Shown: positions 30,732-42,712, counted from the first letter of the stretch. The stretch is 64,000 bases of DNA from an uncultured Gammaproteobacteria bacterium (GCA_963797555.1 CAWCPV010000014.1:224001-288000); one strand, 5' to 3'. Notes: generated by a model not told the origin, from the letters alone. Program-made: numbers and translations.

Positions 30732-33357
30732 CTACCCTTGCTCGCCGTGCTGACGGCGCAGCTCTCTAATTACGCGCCGTATGCCCTGCGCGACGTCCTT
30801 CCAGGCGCTATCCCGGTCGGGCCAGAGCCTGACCGCCTCGCCGTTTTTCGGCAGGGCCTGTAGCTTTGCGAACGGGGCAGTGGTCCAATCGCAGTCGCGG
30901 ACGATGACCGGAATGACGCGCGCTTCCCCGCCCTCGTGGCGTTCCATAGCCCGCATCATCTCCACGTCGTAGCAGTAGTCCGAGGAAAGAAAATCCGCAC
31001 TCACCAGCAGCAATATGATCTCGGCCCGCTCCAGATTCCCGTCTATCTGTCCTTTCCACTCGCCCCCCGAGCAGCCTGCGGTCGTGCCAGGCGGAGATGT
31101 CGCCCTGGCGCTGTAGCAGCTTCAGGTGAGTTTCGAGCTCGTCGCGCAGGGTTTCGTCCTTGTGAGAGTAAGAATAGAACAGCCTCAATGGCGGTGCCTC
31201 GCGTGCCGATGCGCGCTCGGGGCGCCGGGCGCCTTCGAGGTCGACCCCGTCCAGCAGCTCACGCACGTCCACCCCGATGACTTCATCATCCCCTATGACC
31301 TCAGGGAAGCTTGCTATTCCCTTGGCGTCCAAAGCGATCAGCTTCTTGTAGTCCACGCGCACGCTGGGATGGCCCGGCACCGGAACCTTTGCCGCCACGG
31401 CCAGCTTCGGGATGTCGGCATGGATGCGCTCGAAATCCGAGCGGATGACGGCCAGCAATCGGCGGCGCGCATCCGGATCGGGCCCGCCGATCCGGATGGT
31501 CACGGTGCGGTCCGAGCTATCGGCCTTCACCAACGCTAGGCAGCCCTCCCACTGCAGCACCACGCCGCTCCGCCATCGCGGCCGGTCGGTGCTGAGTACG
31601 TGCGTGCGCACGATGAAGCCTGGGAGCAGGCCTTCCGGGAGGATGTCGTAGTGGTACTCGAAATTGAGACAACGATAGGCGTCGAGGTCTTCGCCCACCT
31701 CCGGCTCCTCCTTTCCGAGCAGCTCCGGGATGAGGTAACGATGTTGCAAGTCGTCGGGATAGGCGAAGCAGAGCTTGAACTTGCGCATGAGCTCCAGCAG
31801 GAACCCGTGCTTTTCCGCGGGATAGTCCTGTGCTGGCAGCAGTCGGCCGAGGTCGCTCAACCGCAGCTCACCGTGCCGCTCGGCCACCAGTTCCGAGTTC
31901 AGCAGCCGGTAAATCCCGTCGGTGATCCAGCGCGGATTGAGCACGCTGGTATCCCTGAGCCGCGGATCGTCGCGGTAGTTCAGCGCGATCCCCAGGCAGT
32001 GCAGGTAGCCCGCGAGATCGTCTTGCGCCTGTATATCCGTTTCGCCCAGCTCCCGGCATAGCTCCCGATAGCGGTCCAGGCTGAGGTAGTTCTCCTTCAT
32101 GCCGGCCAGCCGGTCCTTGATGGCGAACCAACTGGCGGGGAAGCTCGCGCGCGCCTCGCTCATGTCGCTCAGGGCCTTTCGGATCTCCTCGCGCAGATCC
32201 TCTATCCCCATCGCCGGTATCCCCATCGCCGGCCGCTCGCAGTCGGTGCTCACGAAGCCGCGGACCTGTGGGTACTTGGCTCTCAGCGCGCGATAGTTGA
32301 GCTCGAAGGACTGTTGTCGCTGCTTGTTGAGCACGACCACCACCGGCGAATCTCCGCCGAAGCTCTCGATGAGCTTCAGCCAATACTCCGAGTCCAGATC
32401 TTCGCCGCCCTCCCGGCCGTTCAACACCAAGAGATAGAGGCTGCGCTCGGTGAGGAAGAACTGGTGGGTGGCATGCATGATCTCCTGCCCGCCGAAGTCC
32501 CAGATGTTGACGCGTACCATGTCCGGTCCCATCGGGACTTGCCACTGAGTGATCTGTATGCCCGGGGTCTTGCCCTCGTCCTTGTCGAAGCGGTCCCGGA
32601 CCAGCTGGTTGACCAGCGAGGTTTTGCCGACACCGCCGCGACCCACCAGGATGAGCTTCGCCTCATTGAGCGCGCGGCTGCCGCCCCGTGTGCGGAAGTA
32701 ATACTTGAGGATCTCTGCCGGGGCGGCTGGCTGCGCTCTTTCGTCCCCCTGCTTTTCTTGAGAGGACCTGAGGACATCCATGCGACTCGGTCCGAGGATC
32801 GACGGCGGCAAGCCCAGAAGTTCGTTCTCGTGCAGGTATAGCTCTCGCAGCGAGGGCAGCCGACCCGGAGAAAGAGCCTCGGGCAGGGCGGCGAGCTGGT
32901 TGCGCGAGATATCCAGCTCTTGGAGCTGGATGAGCTGGCCGATAGCCTCGGGCAGGGCGGTGAGCTGGTTGTGCGCGACATTGAGTGATTGGAGCTGGGT
33001 GAGCCGGCCGAGGGCCTCGGGCAGAGCGGTGAGCTGATTGCCCCAGACATGGAGTGACGGCAGTTGGGTGAGCCGGCCGAGGAGCTCGGGCAAGGCGGTG
33101 AGCTGGTTGGCCCAGACATCGAGTTCCTGGAGTTGGGTGAGCCGGCCGATGGCCTCGGGCAGGGCGGTGAGCTGGTTGTCCGCGACATTGAGTGATTGGA
33201 GCTGGGTGAGTTCTCCAACCGACGCGGGCAACTCCATCAGTCCCAGCCCCCGCAGATCCAGCTCCCGACTGCCCGCCCTTCCCGCCTCAGCGATGCGGTG
33301 CTTGGCGATGATTTCCGGTGACTCGCGTTCTTGGCCTTTCTCGGGCTCTTTGCTCAT
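30732..33357 (-). CDS. Roco protein: LRR-Roc-COR-TIR (frameshift ~31065)
   Basis: 23-aa LRRs, GRGGVGKTS, WDFGGQE, LNK, COR, then FYSYSHKD..LLVSADFLSSDYCYDVEM (TIR). Confidence 0.88.
32870..33250 (-). repeat. 69-bp tandem LRR coding repeats
   Basis: Recurrent NQLTALPE units; near-identical DNA at 32945 and 33152 (offset 207 = 3x69). Confidence 0.85.
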
Positions 33358-33390
33358 GGTGCTTCCCTGGTTCATTTGCCAGAACGTTGC

Positions 33391-33418
33391 TAGGTCGGGT
33401 TAGCGTAGCGTAACCCGC
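33391..33418. repeat. REP-like palindrome
   Basis: TAGGTCGGGTTAGCGTAGCGTAACCCGC, CGGGTTA/TAACCCG stem. Confidence 0.5.
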
Positions 33419-33752
33419 CGTCCAAATCTTCATTCGCTGCCCATGCCCTCTGGTAGGTCAACGGCGTTGACCTATCTCGCGAGACATTGCGCCCGCGGCT
33501 GGAGCCTGGACGTCAGTGCCTCGTTTCCTCCATGCTTCGTGGGAACCCCGCCGGGCGGTCCCGTGCCGAAGCCCTCTGGTGCGAAGAGCCGGTGGCCGCG
33601 AACCGGGCTGTGGGCCAGAAGACGCGCTGTGGGTGTCCCGATCCTCGGGCACATGGTGCGAGGCTGGACGACGGGCTTCGCATGCGCGACCATGCGGTCT
33701 CGCCGGGGCGCCTAAACCGGGCGCTCCTCACGGACCAACAAAGGAGATCGCG

Positions 33753-34561
33753 ATGAAGAACGAGATTTTCACGGCGACTGCCGTAGGCTTGCTCGGTTTG
33801 TGTCTCGCCGCACCCGCGTTCGCCGCAGGCGGGTGCGACGGCTTACCCAATCACGGTGCGCTCAAGGCGGCGCTCGCTGCAGCGGTCGCGGCGGAGAAGA
33901 GCGGGCTCGACAACCAGATGTGGGCGACGCTCGTGGACCGGGATGGAGTCGTCTGCGCGGTAGCGTTCTCCGGCACGAACCGCGCCGCCCAGTGGCCCGG
34001 CAGCCGCCTGATCTCGGCGCAGAAGGCCAATACCGCCAACGCCTTCAGCCTGGATGCGGCTCTTCGAGCAGCGGCTCGGGCCAGCCCAAGGGCTTGGCCC
34101 TGTCCACCGCGAACCTCTATTCGGCGGTCCAGCCGGGGGGGAACCTTTACGGCTTGCAGCAGAGCAATCCGGTCAACACTGACGTTGCGTATCGCGGCAA
34201 TCCGGCCCTGTTCGGCATGGGGACAGACCCGATGGTGGGCGGCCGCATCGGCGGCGTGAACGTGTTCGGCGGCGGCCTTGCGCTCTACGGCGCCGGAGGG
34301 AAGCTGCTCGGGGGTCTCGGGGTGAGCGGCGACACCTCTTGTGCCGACCATGATATTGGCTGGCGAGTGCGGAAGAACTTGGGCCTGGACCACCTGAAGG
34401 GGATCGCGGGCGTATCCGGCGATGCCGAGCGCCCGGATAATATCGTCTTCGACATCACTCCGAATCCGGCCGGAGGCACCGGGACAAGCGCTGGAGGCTT
34501 CGGCCATCCCAAGTGTATGAACACTGCAGACCCGGCCATGCTGCCAGCAGTCCAGCCGTAG
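33753..34561 (+). CDS. Secreted heme-binding GlcG/HbpS family protein (frameshift ~34060)
   Basis: Signal peptide, VDRDGVVCAVA, ISAQKANTANAFS, FGGGLALY, GVSGD. Confidence 0.75.
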
Positions 34562-34703
34562 CTTGGCTCCAAGCCGCTATCGAGTCGATGACGCGCGGGC
34601 TTCGTAACGCCCGCGCGGGGAGAAAGAAGGTCAACAAGGGGTCCCGACACCCGCAGTCCACTAGCAGGCGTCCGACCCCAGGAAACAGCGAGGTCATATC
34701 GCT

Positions 34704-35663
34704 ATGCGCAGATCTCTAGTCGCTCTCCTCACGTTCGCCGTCGTCGGGATCGCTGCGGCCGAGCAGGTGCGCTACTTCGATCTGCCCCATGGGTCCGGTC
34801 CCCACGACGTTGCACCCGCCCCGGACGGTACAGTCTGGTACACGGCCCAGCGCCAGGGTGCGCTCGGACGGCTCGACCCGAAGAGCGGCCGAGTCGAGCA
34901 GATCCCGCTCGGCGTCGGCTCGGCGCCCCACGGTGTCATCGTTGGACCGGACGGCGCAGCTTGGGTCACCGACGGCGGATTGAACGCCATCGTGCGGGTC
35001 GACCCGGTAGCGAAGGCGGTCCGGAGCTTTCCCCTTCCATCCGGGCGTTCCTCCGCCAACCTCAATACGGCGACCTTTGACAAGAAGGGAGTGCTCTGGT
35101 TTACCGGTCAGAGTGGTATCTACGGAAGACTCGACACCAAGAGCGGCGCGATGCAGGTGTTCGATGCCCCGCGCGGCCGTGGCCCTTACGGCATCACGAC
35201 AACGCCGAGCGGCCGGGTGTATTACGCCTCCCTTGCCGGCAATTACATCGCCCGGATCGACTCATCCACGGGCCAGGCTACAGTCATCGAGCCGCCCACA
35301 CCCAACCAGGGAGCGCGGCGAGTGTGGTCGGACTCCAAGGGGCGCGTGTGGGTGAGCGAATGGAACGCCGGTCAGGTGAGTGTCTACGACCCGGTGGCCG
35401 GCCAGTGGCGTAGCTGGCGCCTGCCCGGTGACTCGCCCCGCGCCTACGCCATCTACGTGGATGAGGCCGACCAAGTGTGGCTGAGCGACTTCGGCGCCAA
35501 CGCCGTGCTGCGTTTCGACCCCCGAACCGAGACTTTCAAGCGCTTCCCGAGCGACCGGCCGGGCGCGAACGTGCGCCAACTGCTCGGACGCGTCGGCGAG
35601 GTCTGGGGAGCGGAATCCGGCACGGACCGGCTGGTGGTAATCAGGACGACGGGCAGACCCTGA
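34704..35663 (+). CDS. Virginiamycin B lyase (Vgb)-like beta-propeller
   Basis: Repeated PHDV/PHGV/PYGI..G.VW.T blades; signal peptide. Confidence 0.8.
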   Translation: MRRSLVALLTFAVVGIAAAEQVRYFDLPHGSGPHDVAPAPDGTVWYTAQRQGALGRLDPKSGRVEQIPLGVGSAPHGVIVGPDGAAWVTDGGLNAIVRVDPVAKAVRSFPLPSGRSSANLNTATFDKKGVLWFTGQSGIYGRLDTKSGAMQVFDAPRGRGPYGITTTPSGRVYYASLAGNYIARIDSSTGQATVIEPPTPNQGARRVWSDSKGRVWVSEWNAGQVSVYDPVAGQWRSWRLPGDSPRAYAIYVDEADQVWLSDFGANAVLRFDPRTETFKRFPSDRPGANVRQLLGRVGEVWGAESGTDRLVVIRTTGRP

Positions 35664-35795
35664 ACCGGTCGCACCCGCGCGCGATCGAGTAAGGGGCAGT
35701 ACCATCCCTTCCGCGCCCGTCGCGCGGGGCTGGACCCGTGAGATCGCGGCACGGATCGGGGGGAGGGGTTCCCTTAGCAGAAGACCGCGAGGCCA

Positions 35796-37496
35796 CTAGA
35801 ATCCGTCTTGAGCCAGGGTTTCGGCAAGCTCCTTGTCCCGGCCGTATATGTCGTCGCGGAAGTTGACCGTGCCATCCTCGTCGACCCATGCCGTAAAGTA
35901 CACGATCTCCACAGAGATGGGATGAGGAAGGGTTACGGTTCGCTCCCTGCTGAAGTCGGTCGCGGCCAGCAGCCGCTCCCGATTCCAATTCTCATTGTCT
36001 TTCAAGAGGTAATCGGCTAAGTCGATAGCCTTTTCTATGCGTATGCACCCGTGACTGAATCCGCGGACGGCCCGTGCAAACAGCCCTCGACTTGGTGTGT
36101 CGTGTAGATAGACGTCAAAGGGGTTGGGGAAGATGAACTTCAGCCGACCCAGGGGATTCTTCGGCCCTGGATCCTGGCGGAACTGATAGGGGAAGTGGCG
36201 AGGGCTCACTTCGTGCCAGTCGATCGTCTCCGGGTCGACCTCCCTTCGGCCGGGACCCGAGCCCTCGAATACGCGAAGGTTCTCCCGGTCGAGATAGCCG
36301 GGGTCCCGGCGCAGTGCGGGCAGGATCTCCTTAATAGCGATACTTCGCGGCACGAGCCAGCGTGGATTGAGCACCATATAGGTCATCCTGGCGTTGAAGA
36401 CCGGGGTACTCAGGTAGGGCTTGCCGACTATGACCTTCATGGTCATCACCCGCTTCCCGGAGTCGAACAGCTCCAGACCGAAGCTCGGAATGTTCACAAG
36501 GATGTATCGGTCCCCGAGGTTTGGTGGGAGCCAGCGCCAGCGCTCCATGTTCTCCTCGATCTGACGCATCCGCTCTGCGGCCGGAACATTTAGCGCGCGA
36601 GTCGTTCCGGAGCCGACGATGCCGTCCGCCAGAAGCCCATGGCGCCCTTGAAAGCGACGCACGGCTTGGTCGAGCTGTGCGTCGAAGAGATCAGTATCTG
36701 CGACGGGCCCCGCAGTCAAGTCGCCGGACAGGATCAGCCGGCGCCGCAAGACCGGGACCCGGGCGTCGTGGTCGCCCGGTTCGAGCTTCGGGCCGGCGGG
36801 CACGACGGGGTACCCTCCGCGACCCGCGAGCGCCCGGTACCGGGCCAATGCGGCACGCAGTCGGCGGTACCCCGGCTGGGACGGACGCAGTGAGGCCAGA
36901 GCCTCTCGTACATGCCCGGAATCGACCGCGGCCGCGAGCACCTGCTCCGGCCCCCCCCCCTGGGGAATCCCCGGAGCCTGTCCATACGGGGTCTCGGGGT
37001 GAACCCGCCCGCGCAACATATGTGACGCGTATCGCAGGAACCCGTTGGTGAGCATCAGGTCGAGGTTGGCCAGCCCTTCCGCCGAAGCCTCGCCCGAGAC
37101 TCCCTGGCGGGCAGTGATGCGGGCCAGAGCGCTCTGCAGTGCCGTAACCTCATAGCTCTCCGGCCGCAGCCCATCGCTCGCGGCGTCGGCGAGCACGGCA
37201 ACCAGCTCACGCGCGGCGGGAAGAAGGCCTCGGTCGTCGCTCCACGCCGGTCGGAAGGCCCGAGCTGCATAGAACCGCAGCATCTCACCTGGAGGCCGCA
37301 CGGCCCCGCCATCGAGTTGGTCCAGCGCGGGGACCTCGAGGCGCGCTCGCAGCAACTCGCTGACCCGTGCCGACAGGGTTCCCGGTTGCGCAGGGTCAGA
37401 GGCATCCGTCAGCAGCGCGAAGAGCAGGAAGGCTGTCGACAGCAGTAGTCCGAGCGCCTTCGCCGGCGGCGTGTATTTTCCTCTACTCAAGCGCAT
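35796..37496 (-). CDS. L,D-transpeptidase (YcbB/LdtD-like)
   Basis: Scaffold domain, PG-binding domain (AVRRFQGRHGL..DGIVG), YLHDTP..FSHGCIR. Confidence 0.88.
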   Translation of the reverse strand: MRLSRGKYTPPAKALGLLLSTAFLLFALLTDASDPAQPGTLSARVSELLRARLEVPALDQLDGGAVRPPGEMLRFYAARAFRPAWSDDRGLLPAARELVAVLADAASDGLRPESYEVTALQSALARITARQGVSGEASAEGLANLDLMLTNGFLRYASHMLRGRVHPETPYGQAPGIPQGGGPEQVLAAAVDSGHVREALASLRPSQPGYRRLRAALARYRALAGRGGYPVVPAGPKLEPGDHDARVPVLRRRLILSGDLTAGPVADTDLFDAQLDQAVRRFQGRHGLLADGIVGSGTTRALNVPAAERMRQIEENMERWRWLPPNLGDRYILVNIPSFGLELFDSGKRVMTMKVIVGKPYLSTPVFNARMTYMVLNPRWLVPRSIAIKEILPALRRDPGYLDRENLRVFEGSGPGRREVDPETIDWHEVSPRHFPYQFRQDPGPKNPLGRLKFIFPNPFDVYLHDTPSRGLFARAVRGFSHGCIRIEKAIDLADYLLKDNENWNRERLLAATDFSRERTVTLPHPISVEIVYFTAWVDEDGTVNFRDDIYGRDKELAETLAQDGF

Positions 37497-37504
37497 GGCT
37501 GGCT

Positions 37505-38412
37505 TCCCTGCGATGATCGGCAGCGCGCGAGAATCATTCTGCTGGCTGTTGAAGGACTGGATCAGAAGGCCATCGCCGCGAAGCTGGGCACCACGCGGGC
37601 GACCGTCGGGCAGTGGTGCCGGCGCTATCGGCAGCGGAGCTTGGCGGGGCTGGCGGATGCGCCCGGACGAGGGCGCAAGCCCAGGCTCTCGCAGACGAAG
37701 GTGAGGCGGGTGCTGGAGACGGTCGGTAAGCCGCCGGCGCATCTGGGGCGCTGGAGCTGCCGCACCATGGCTTGCCGCCGCGGGCATCTCGAAGGCGAGT
37801 GTGCAGCGGCTGTGGGCGGCCAATGACATCAAGCCGCACCTGAACCGCCAGTTCAAGCTGTCCAAGGACAAGCACTTTGAGGCGAAATTCTGGAAGGCGG
37901 TCGTGCTCTGCTGCGACGAGAAGACCCAGATGCAGGCGCTGGAGCGCACCCAGCCAGGGCTGCCCCTCGGCATCGGTCACCTCAGGACGCGCACCCACGA
38001 CTACATCCGTCACGGCACGCTCACCCTGTTCGCGGCGCTCAACTACTTGGAGGGCAAGCTCACCACCGCCCTGGCGCGCAAGCACCGCCATCAGGAGTGG
38101 CTCGCGTTTCTGCGCCGCATCGACCGGGAAACCCCCCAGGACCTCGACCTCCATCTTATCCTCGACAATTACGCCACCCACAAGCATCAGGCGGTCAAGG
38201 CGTGGCTCGCGAAGCACCCGCGCATGCACCTGCACTTCACCCCCACCTCTTCGTCCTGGATGAATCTGGTCGAGCGGTTCTTCCGCGATCTGGGCGATTT
38301 TCTCGCCGAAGGCAGCTTTGGCTCCGTCAAGGCGCTCGCCGAGGCTATCATCGCCTTTCTCGCTGAGCGTAACGCCCACCCCAAGCGCTATGTTTGGAAC
38401 GCACTGCACTAG
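37505..38412 (+). pseudogene. IS630-family transposase (frameshifted)
   Basis: DAPGRGRKP, CCDEKTQMQALER, HDYIRHGT, ILDNYATHK, SWMNLVERFF. Confidence 0.85.
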
Positions 38413-38510
38413 CGCGCCGGCCGGCCCACTGGGTCGGCTGGAAGCGCCGAGAGGGACAGGATTCGGGTGGCGCGGGGTGCGCACCTGGCCCTAGACGCTG
38501 CGGTCAGGAC

Positions 38511-38894
38511 TCACCTGCACTTTCGCATCAATCGGTTGGAGACCGTTTCTAGAGCCCGTTCTGAGAACGTCAGATACTTCACCAAGGCATCGACATCGGC
38601 ATCCGGTATTGGGCACCCGAATACCTTGCGCATCTTTTCAACGCCCGCCTTCCACTTGGCGGCGGGCAGGGGCGGCTGTGTGTAGACATAATCGGCCGAG
38701 TGACAGATCAGACAACGGGCGCGTGCCAAGTCCTCCCCGGGACCTGCCTTGAACGTCGCGCTCTCTGGGGGTAGCTGGATGGAGACTACGCCATCCGCAC
38801 CCTGCGCGCCGCTCGAGGACAGGCCTGCCGCAAGCACGGCACTCACCAAAACAACGGGCGACAAATTGTAACTCACCCTGCGTGCGGTTTTCAT
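38511..38894 (-). CDS. SorB-like monoheme cytochrome c
   Basis: CLICHSADY, TQPP, KMRKVFG; directly after the sorA-like gene. Confidence 0.8.
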   Translation of the reverse strand: MKTARRVSYNLSPVVLVSAVLAAGLSSSGAQGADGVVSIQLPPESATFKAGPGEDLARARCLICHSADYVYTQPPLPAAKWKAGVEKMRKVFGCPIPDADVDALVKYLTFSERALETVSNRLMRKCR

Positions 38895-38905
38895 GACTAT
38901 CCTCC

Positions 38906-40167
38906 CTATACCGCTCGGATGCGGACGTTTTCGACCACGTTACGCAAGTAGCCGCCAGGGTTCCACCGCGGAGTCAGGCGCTGGGTCTCCCCGAGCCCGT
39001 TGATGGCCACGGACATCAGCTCGTACGAGCTGCCTCGTTCCGGTTTGAAGGCGGCACTCCACGGGCGGAAACTATACTTCCCGTAATCCTTTCCTAGGGT
39101 TGCATCCGCCCAGTGCTTGCCTCCATCGCTGGAGAAGAGCACCCGGAGAATTCCGCCGCCTGCGTCGAAGGCGATGCCATGCACCATGAGCGGGTGTCCG
39201 CCCCTGACCTGGGCGCCCTCCGCAACACTGGTGACGAAGGAGCGCACCGTCAGGCGATTGATGGGAACGGTCTTTGCCGGGTTCCGGCCGGGCTCGACAC
39301 AGCCGCAGGGATCGGCTGGGATGCGATACGCGGTCTTCATCCAGAAGTTCTGGTCTTCCTGATTCAGGACCTCGACATCGTTCAGCATCTTCACCCAGTA
39401 GGTGGCATACCATCCGGGCACCACCAGGCGCAGCGGATAGCCGTTCAGCAGCGGCAGCGGCTGGCTGTTCATCTCGTACGCGAGTAGCACGTCCTCGCTT
39501 AGGGCGACGTCCATGTCGAGCGCCTTGATGAAATCGGGCGTCTGCGGCATGACCGGACGGTCCAGGCCGTTGAAGCGGACCTGAACCGCGTCGGCCTCGA
39601 TGCCCGCCTTGCTCAGCACGTCACGCAGGCGCGCCCCTTTCCACAGGGCGTTACCCATAGCCCCGTTTGCCCACTGGCCGCCGGGGACACGGGGGGTGAA
39701 GAGTCCTCGGCTGTTACCCGAGCATTCGCAGACGGCAGCAAGTTCCACTGCATCGAAGTCCTTCTTGAGGGCTGCCGAGATCGAGCTCCAGCGGTCGCTT
39801 CACGCGCCCGTGGACCCTGATCCGAAAGGCGGTCCCGTCGACGCTGGTCGGTACGTCGGCCAAATGCCACCTCACGAAAAAGGCGTCGTTCGGAGTGAAC
39901 ACGGTGTCGTTGAAGATGTGGAAAGGGGTCTCGAGCTGAACCGGGCGTTCGGTCATGACCAGGAGAGCCCGCTTTTGAGGATAGGCGATGAGCGGTCGTT
40001 GTCCGTTGGCGAAGGGGAGTCGCGCGCTCTCGGCCGCGGCCAGGGCCAGCGCTTCGCGTTCCAGCAACGCCAATCCTCCGAGGGCCGCACCGACACGCAG
40101 GATCTTGCGTCGCCCCGGGTCGGGCTGGTCGTTTGAACGTCAGGGACCGGCGCGTTCTGTGTTTCAT
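38906..40167 (-). CDS. SorA-like sulfite dehydrogenase molybdoprotein (frameshifts ~39780, ~40110)
   Basis: LETP, FFVRWH, CECSGNSR, LNGYPLRLVVPGWYATYWVK. Confidence 0.85.
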
Positions 40168-40329
40168 GGAGTCTCCCTCCACCTGTTCTTCGACATGAGC
40201 GTCCGGCTTGGCGGGTCGGGTAACATAGCCCGCTTTAGGCAGAGCCGGGCTAGTCTATTCTAGCCCGAGGGAGGCGCCGTGGGGAATTGACCGGGAATCG
40301 GTCATCGAGCATCGGCCCCGCAGAACCGC

Positions 40330-40357
40330 CCCGCTGAATTAGTTAATTATACGAACC
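40330..40357 (-). other. Degenerate dif-like site (XerC arm only)
   Basis: GGTTCGTATAA matches the E. coli XerC arm at 9/11; no XerD arm; same orientation as the 43913 site. Confidence 0.4.
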
Positions 40358-40387
40358 TAGGCCCGTTGGCGCAGCGCCGGCAGCCCT

Positions 40388-40849
40388 TTACCTGAGCAAA
40401 CGCAGATCGAAGTTGAACGGCTCGGCTCTCGCGGCGCCCTTGACTGCGGCGAAATCGGGATGCGCCGGGTTGAGCAGGACGTTGCGCTGCTGCGGGACAA
40501 GCGTACTGGGCACAGCAAGCACGAGCGAAAACGCGCTCGCCGTCCACTTGTCTCCGATCACAGCCGTGGAGGACGACGGCGGATCGCGACGCCAGTCGGC
40601 GGGAAGCGCGGCGTCGTCCAGTACCATGACGGCCTCGTCCGGCAGTTCCAGGGTAAAGAGGATATAGCGGTTCAGCACCTCGCTGCGATGCAGATGCACC
40701 AGTAGCTCCAGAGCCGCCAAGGCCACACTGTCGGAGGCATACACCACGGCCACACCCTTGCTGTTCCATCGTCCTCCGTGCGTCCTGGCGCCGGAGCCGT
40801 CCAAGGCTGAGTCCGCATAGCGCTCCTTTATCAGGCGGTACACCCGCAC
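40388..40849 (-). CDS. RES-domain toxin
   Basis: YRL..GARTHGGRWN, YASDSVALAALE, VPS..NVLLNPAHP. Confidence 0.9.
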   Translation of the reverse strand: MRVYRLIKERYADSALDGSGARTHGGRWNSKGVAVVYASDSVALAALELLVHLHRSEVLNRYILFTLELPDEAVMVLDDAALPADWRRDPPSSSTAVIGDKWTASAFSLVLAVPSTLVPQQRNVLLNPAHPDFAAVKGAARAEPFNFDLRLLR

Positions 40850-41337
40850 TACGTGTACACGCCGTGCTCCAGGCGGCCAATCAGGTCCCGCACCTCGGCA
40901 GCCCCGGCCTCGGTGACGAGATGCTGCAACGGGCTATCGCCCCCCAGTGCCTTCGCGGGCTCGTTCAACCAGCGCCGCGCTGATTCCGCATCGCCTTCGA
41001 AGAGCTGCAGAGCGTCGCGGTAGGCCGCCGCGATTCGGTACACCCGGTCGCTTTCCTCCGATGACAGCCGCCCGGAGGCGCTTTTACGGCGGCGGGCGAG
41101 CGTCGCGGATGCAATCCCGGCGACCTTCAACACGGTCTGCTGAGACACGCGAAGTTCACTTGCGAGCTTCTCCACGGCCGCGACGCGAAAGCCGCGCTGG
41201 ACCTGCTGGACGAGCTCGGCTCGGTCTCGTATGAGACCGAGCCGGCGGAACACTTCGTTGACGGGAAGTCTCCCAGCTTCTGTACTTGCGGCGTGCTCGG
41301 TCGACCGAGGCTTGAAAGGTCTCGTAGATGCAGCCAC
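40849..41337 (-). CDS. Xre/MbcA/ParS antitoxin
   Basis: RLSSEESDR, ARRWLNEPAKALGGDSPL, LIGRLEHGVY. Confidence 0.9.
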   Translation of the reverse strand: MAASTRPFKPRSTEHAASTEAGRLPVNEVFRRLGLIRDRAELVQQVQRGFRVAAVEKLASELRVSQQTVLKVAGIASATLARRRKSASGRLSSEESDRVYRIAAAYRDALQLFEGDAESARRWLNEPAKALGGDSPLQHLVTEAGAAEVRDLIGRLEHGVYT

Positions 41338-41399
41338 TGAACGTCCCCTAAGATTTCATTTGGAGAATCATATATGGTCAAACGGAGGCATGGCAAGGA

Positions 41400-42243
41400 T
41401 CACCACTGCGCGGGGCTCAACCACTTGGATCTAGAGCACGATTGCCTCGCTCCCTCACTGGTGGCAAAGATCTGCTTGTACGTCCGCGGCTTCACCTCGT
41501 AGTGGCGATAGACGTGGCGCAGGCCAGCCTCGAAAAGTGATCCCAGTGCGGCGTGGACCTCGTCGGCGTGGTGCCGGTCAAAATAGGTGGCTAACGGGAT
41601 CACATCCGCCAGGTTGTGCGCCGCCGTCGCATCACCGTAGACGACGGCCGCTTGTAACGCTCGCTCGGCGTAGCCCGAAATCGGAGCGGCGTTGGGCAGC
41701 GTTTCCTTGAAGTTGTTCCTCGTAGGCAACGCGCTCACCCCGTGTCACGTCGCGCGCCCCGATCTTCACTACTTGCGATACAAGCGGTCTGCCGTTGGCA
41801 TCGAATGTCTGCACCTTCAAGACCCGGCTGCCGCCGAAGCCTCCACCGAACTGCTGCAGAATGTGAAGCTCCTTCTTGTCCCAATAGAGCGTGCGAAGCA
41901 GGCTCTCTTCGAGCGCTGAGAGCTGGATATCCCCATGAAAGTCGAGAAAGACCGTGGTTACGTAAATAAAGCGTTCCTTCCCAGTGCGCTGACGAGGATC
42001 GGGCATGCGCCGTCACCTTTTCCGCTTGCTCACCTGCGCTCAATCGTATGCATGCTTTGCCGTCGGCATCGGTCGTGATTGTCTTGTCGGCGAGCCTGGT
42101 CGAGCGACTCTGGGCGAGCGAAAGCTGCAGCCTCACATCTGCCTTGGGATCTCCGTGGCCGTCACGAACCGTCAGCTCAAAGCAGGCTTCCTCCCAGTGT
42201 CGACCACCTGGGTGTCGGTAAGGGCTTCTATTGTGAGGGACAT
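41400..42243 (-). pseudogene. Fragmented Ig-like plus kinase-like (TCAD9/APH-like) gene
   Basis: TTDADGKACIRL, then GGGFGGSRVLKV..VVKIG..ERVAY across several frames. Confidence 0.35.
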
Positions 42244-42712
42244 GGTTTGTTACTCCGCTGTCTTGGGGCCTTTGGGTCTCTTGGTCCCCTCTGTTGGGTC
42301 CGAATCACAGCTTGTCGCTCATGTCTCGGGAGGGGCTTTGCCGTAACCGCGCACCGCAAAGAATCCGGGCTGGGGCATAGCGCCGTCCCTCATCGGGCGC
42401 AAACTGGCGCCAGTCTATCGGGCAGCTCCGCACAGTGCCAATTTTTCGAGGTGCCCTCAACCTGAAAGGAGACTCGATTCGCAAGAAACGCTCATCCTTG
42501 ACCCAAACCGATCAGTTGCGGTAGAAGTGAACGGCCCTGCGTCGCTTGGCTCCGACCACCGATCGGCTTCACGGGTCTGGGTGATCACTTTGCCGTGGCT
42601 GGGAATCTGTGGTCTGCACGGGGGCAGTCTGCTGGCTTGCACCCATCGGGCGGTCGATTGACATCCCCTCTGGTCGCTGCCATAAAGACCCAGAATGCAG
42701 CGGGAGGAGGGG

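Noticed and set aside
32870-33250. Tandem repeats as a CRISPR array
   Set aside because: They are in-frame LRR coding units with no unique spacers, and no cas genes are present.
34704-35663. Streptogramin resistance gene
   Set aside because: Signal-peptide-bearing Vgb-like propellers are widespread; resistance cannot be inferred from sequence alone.
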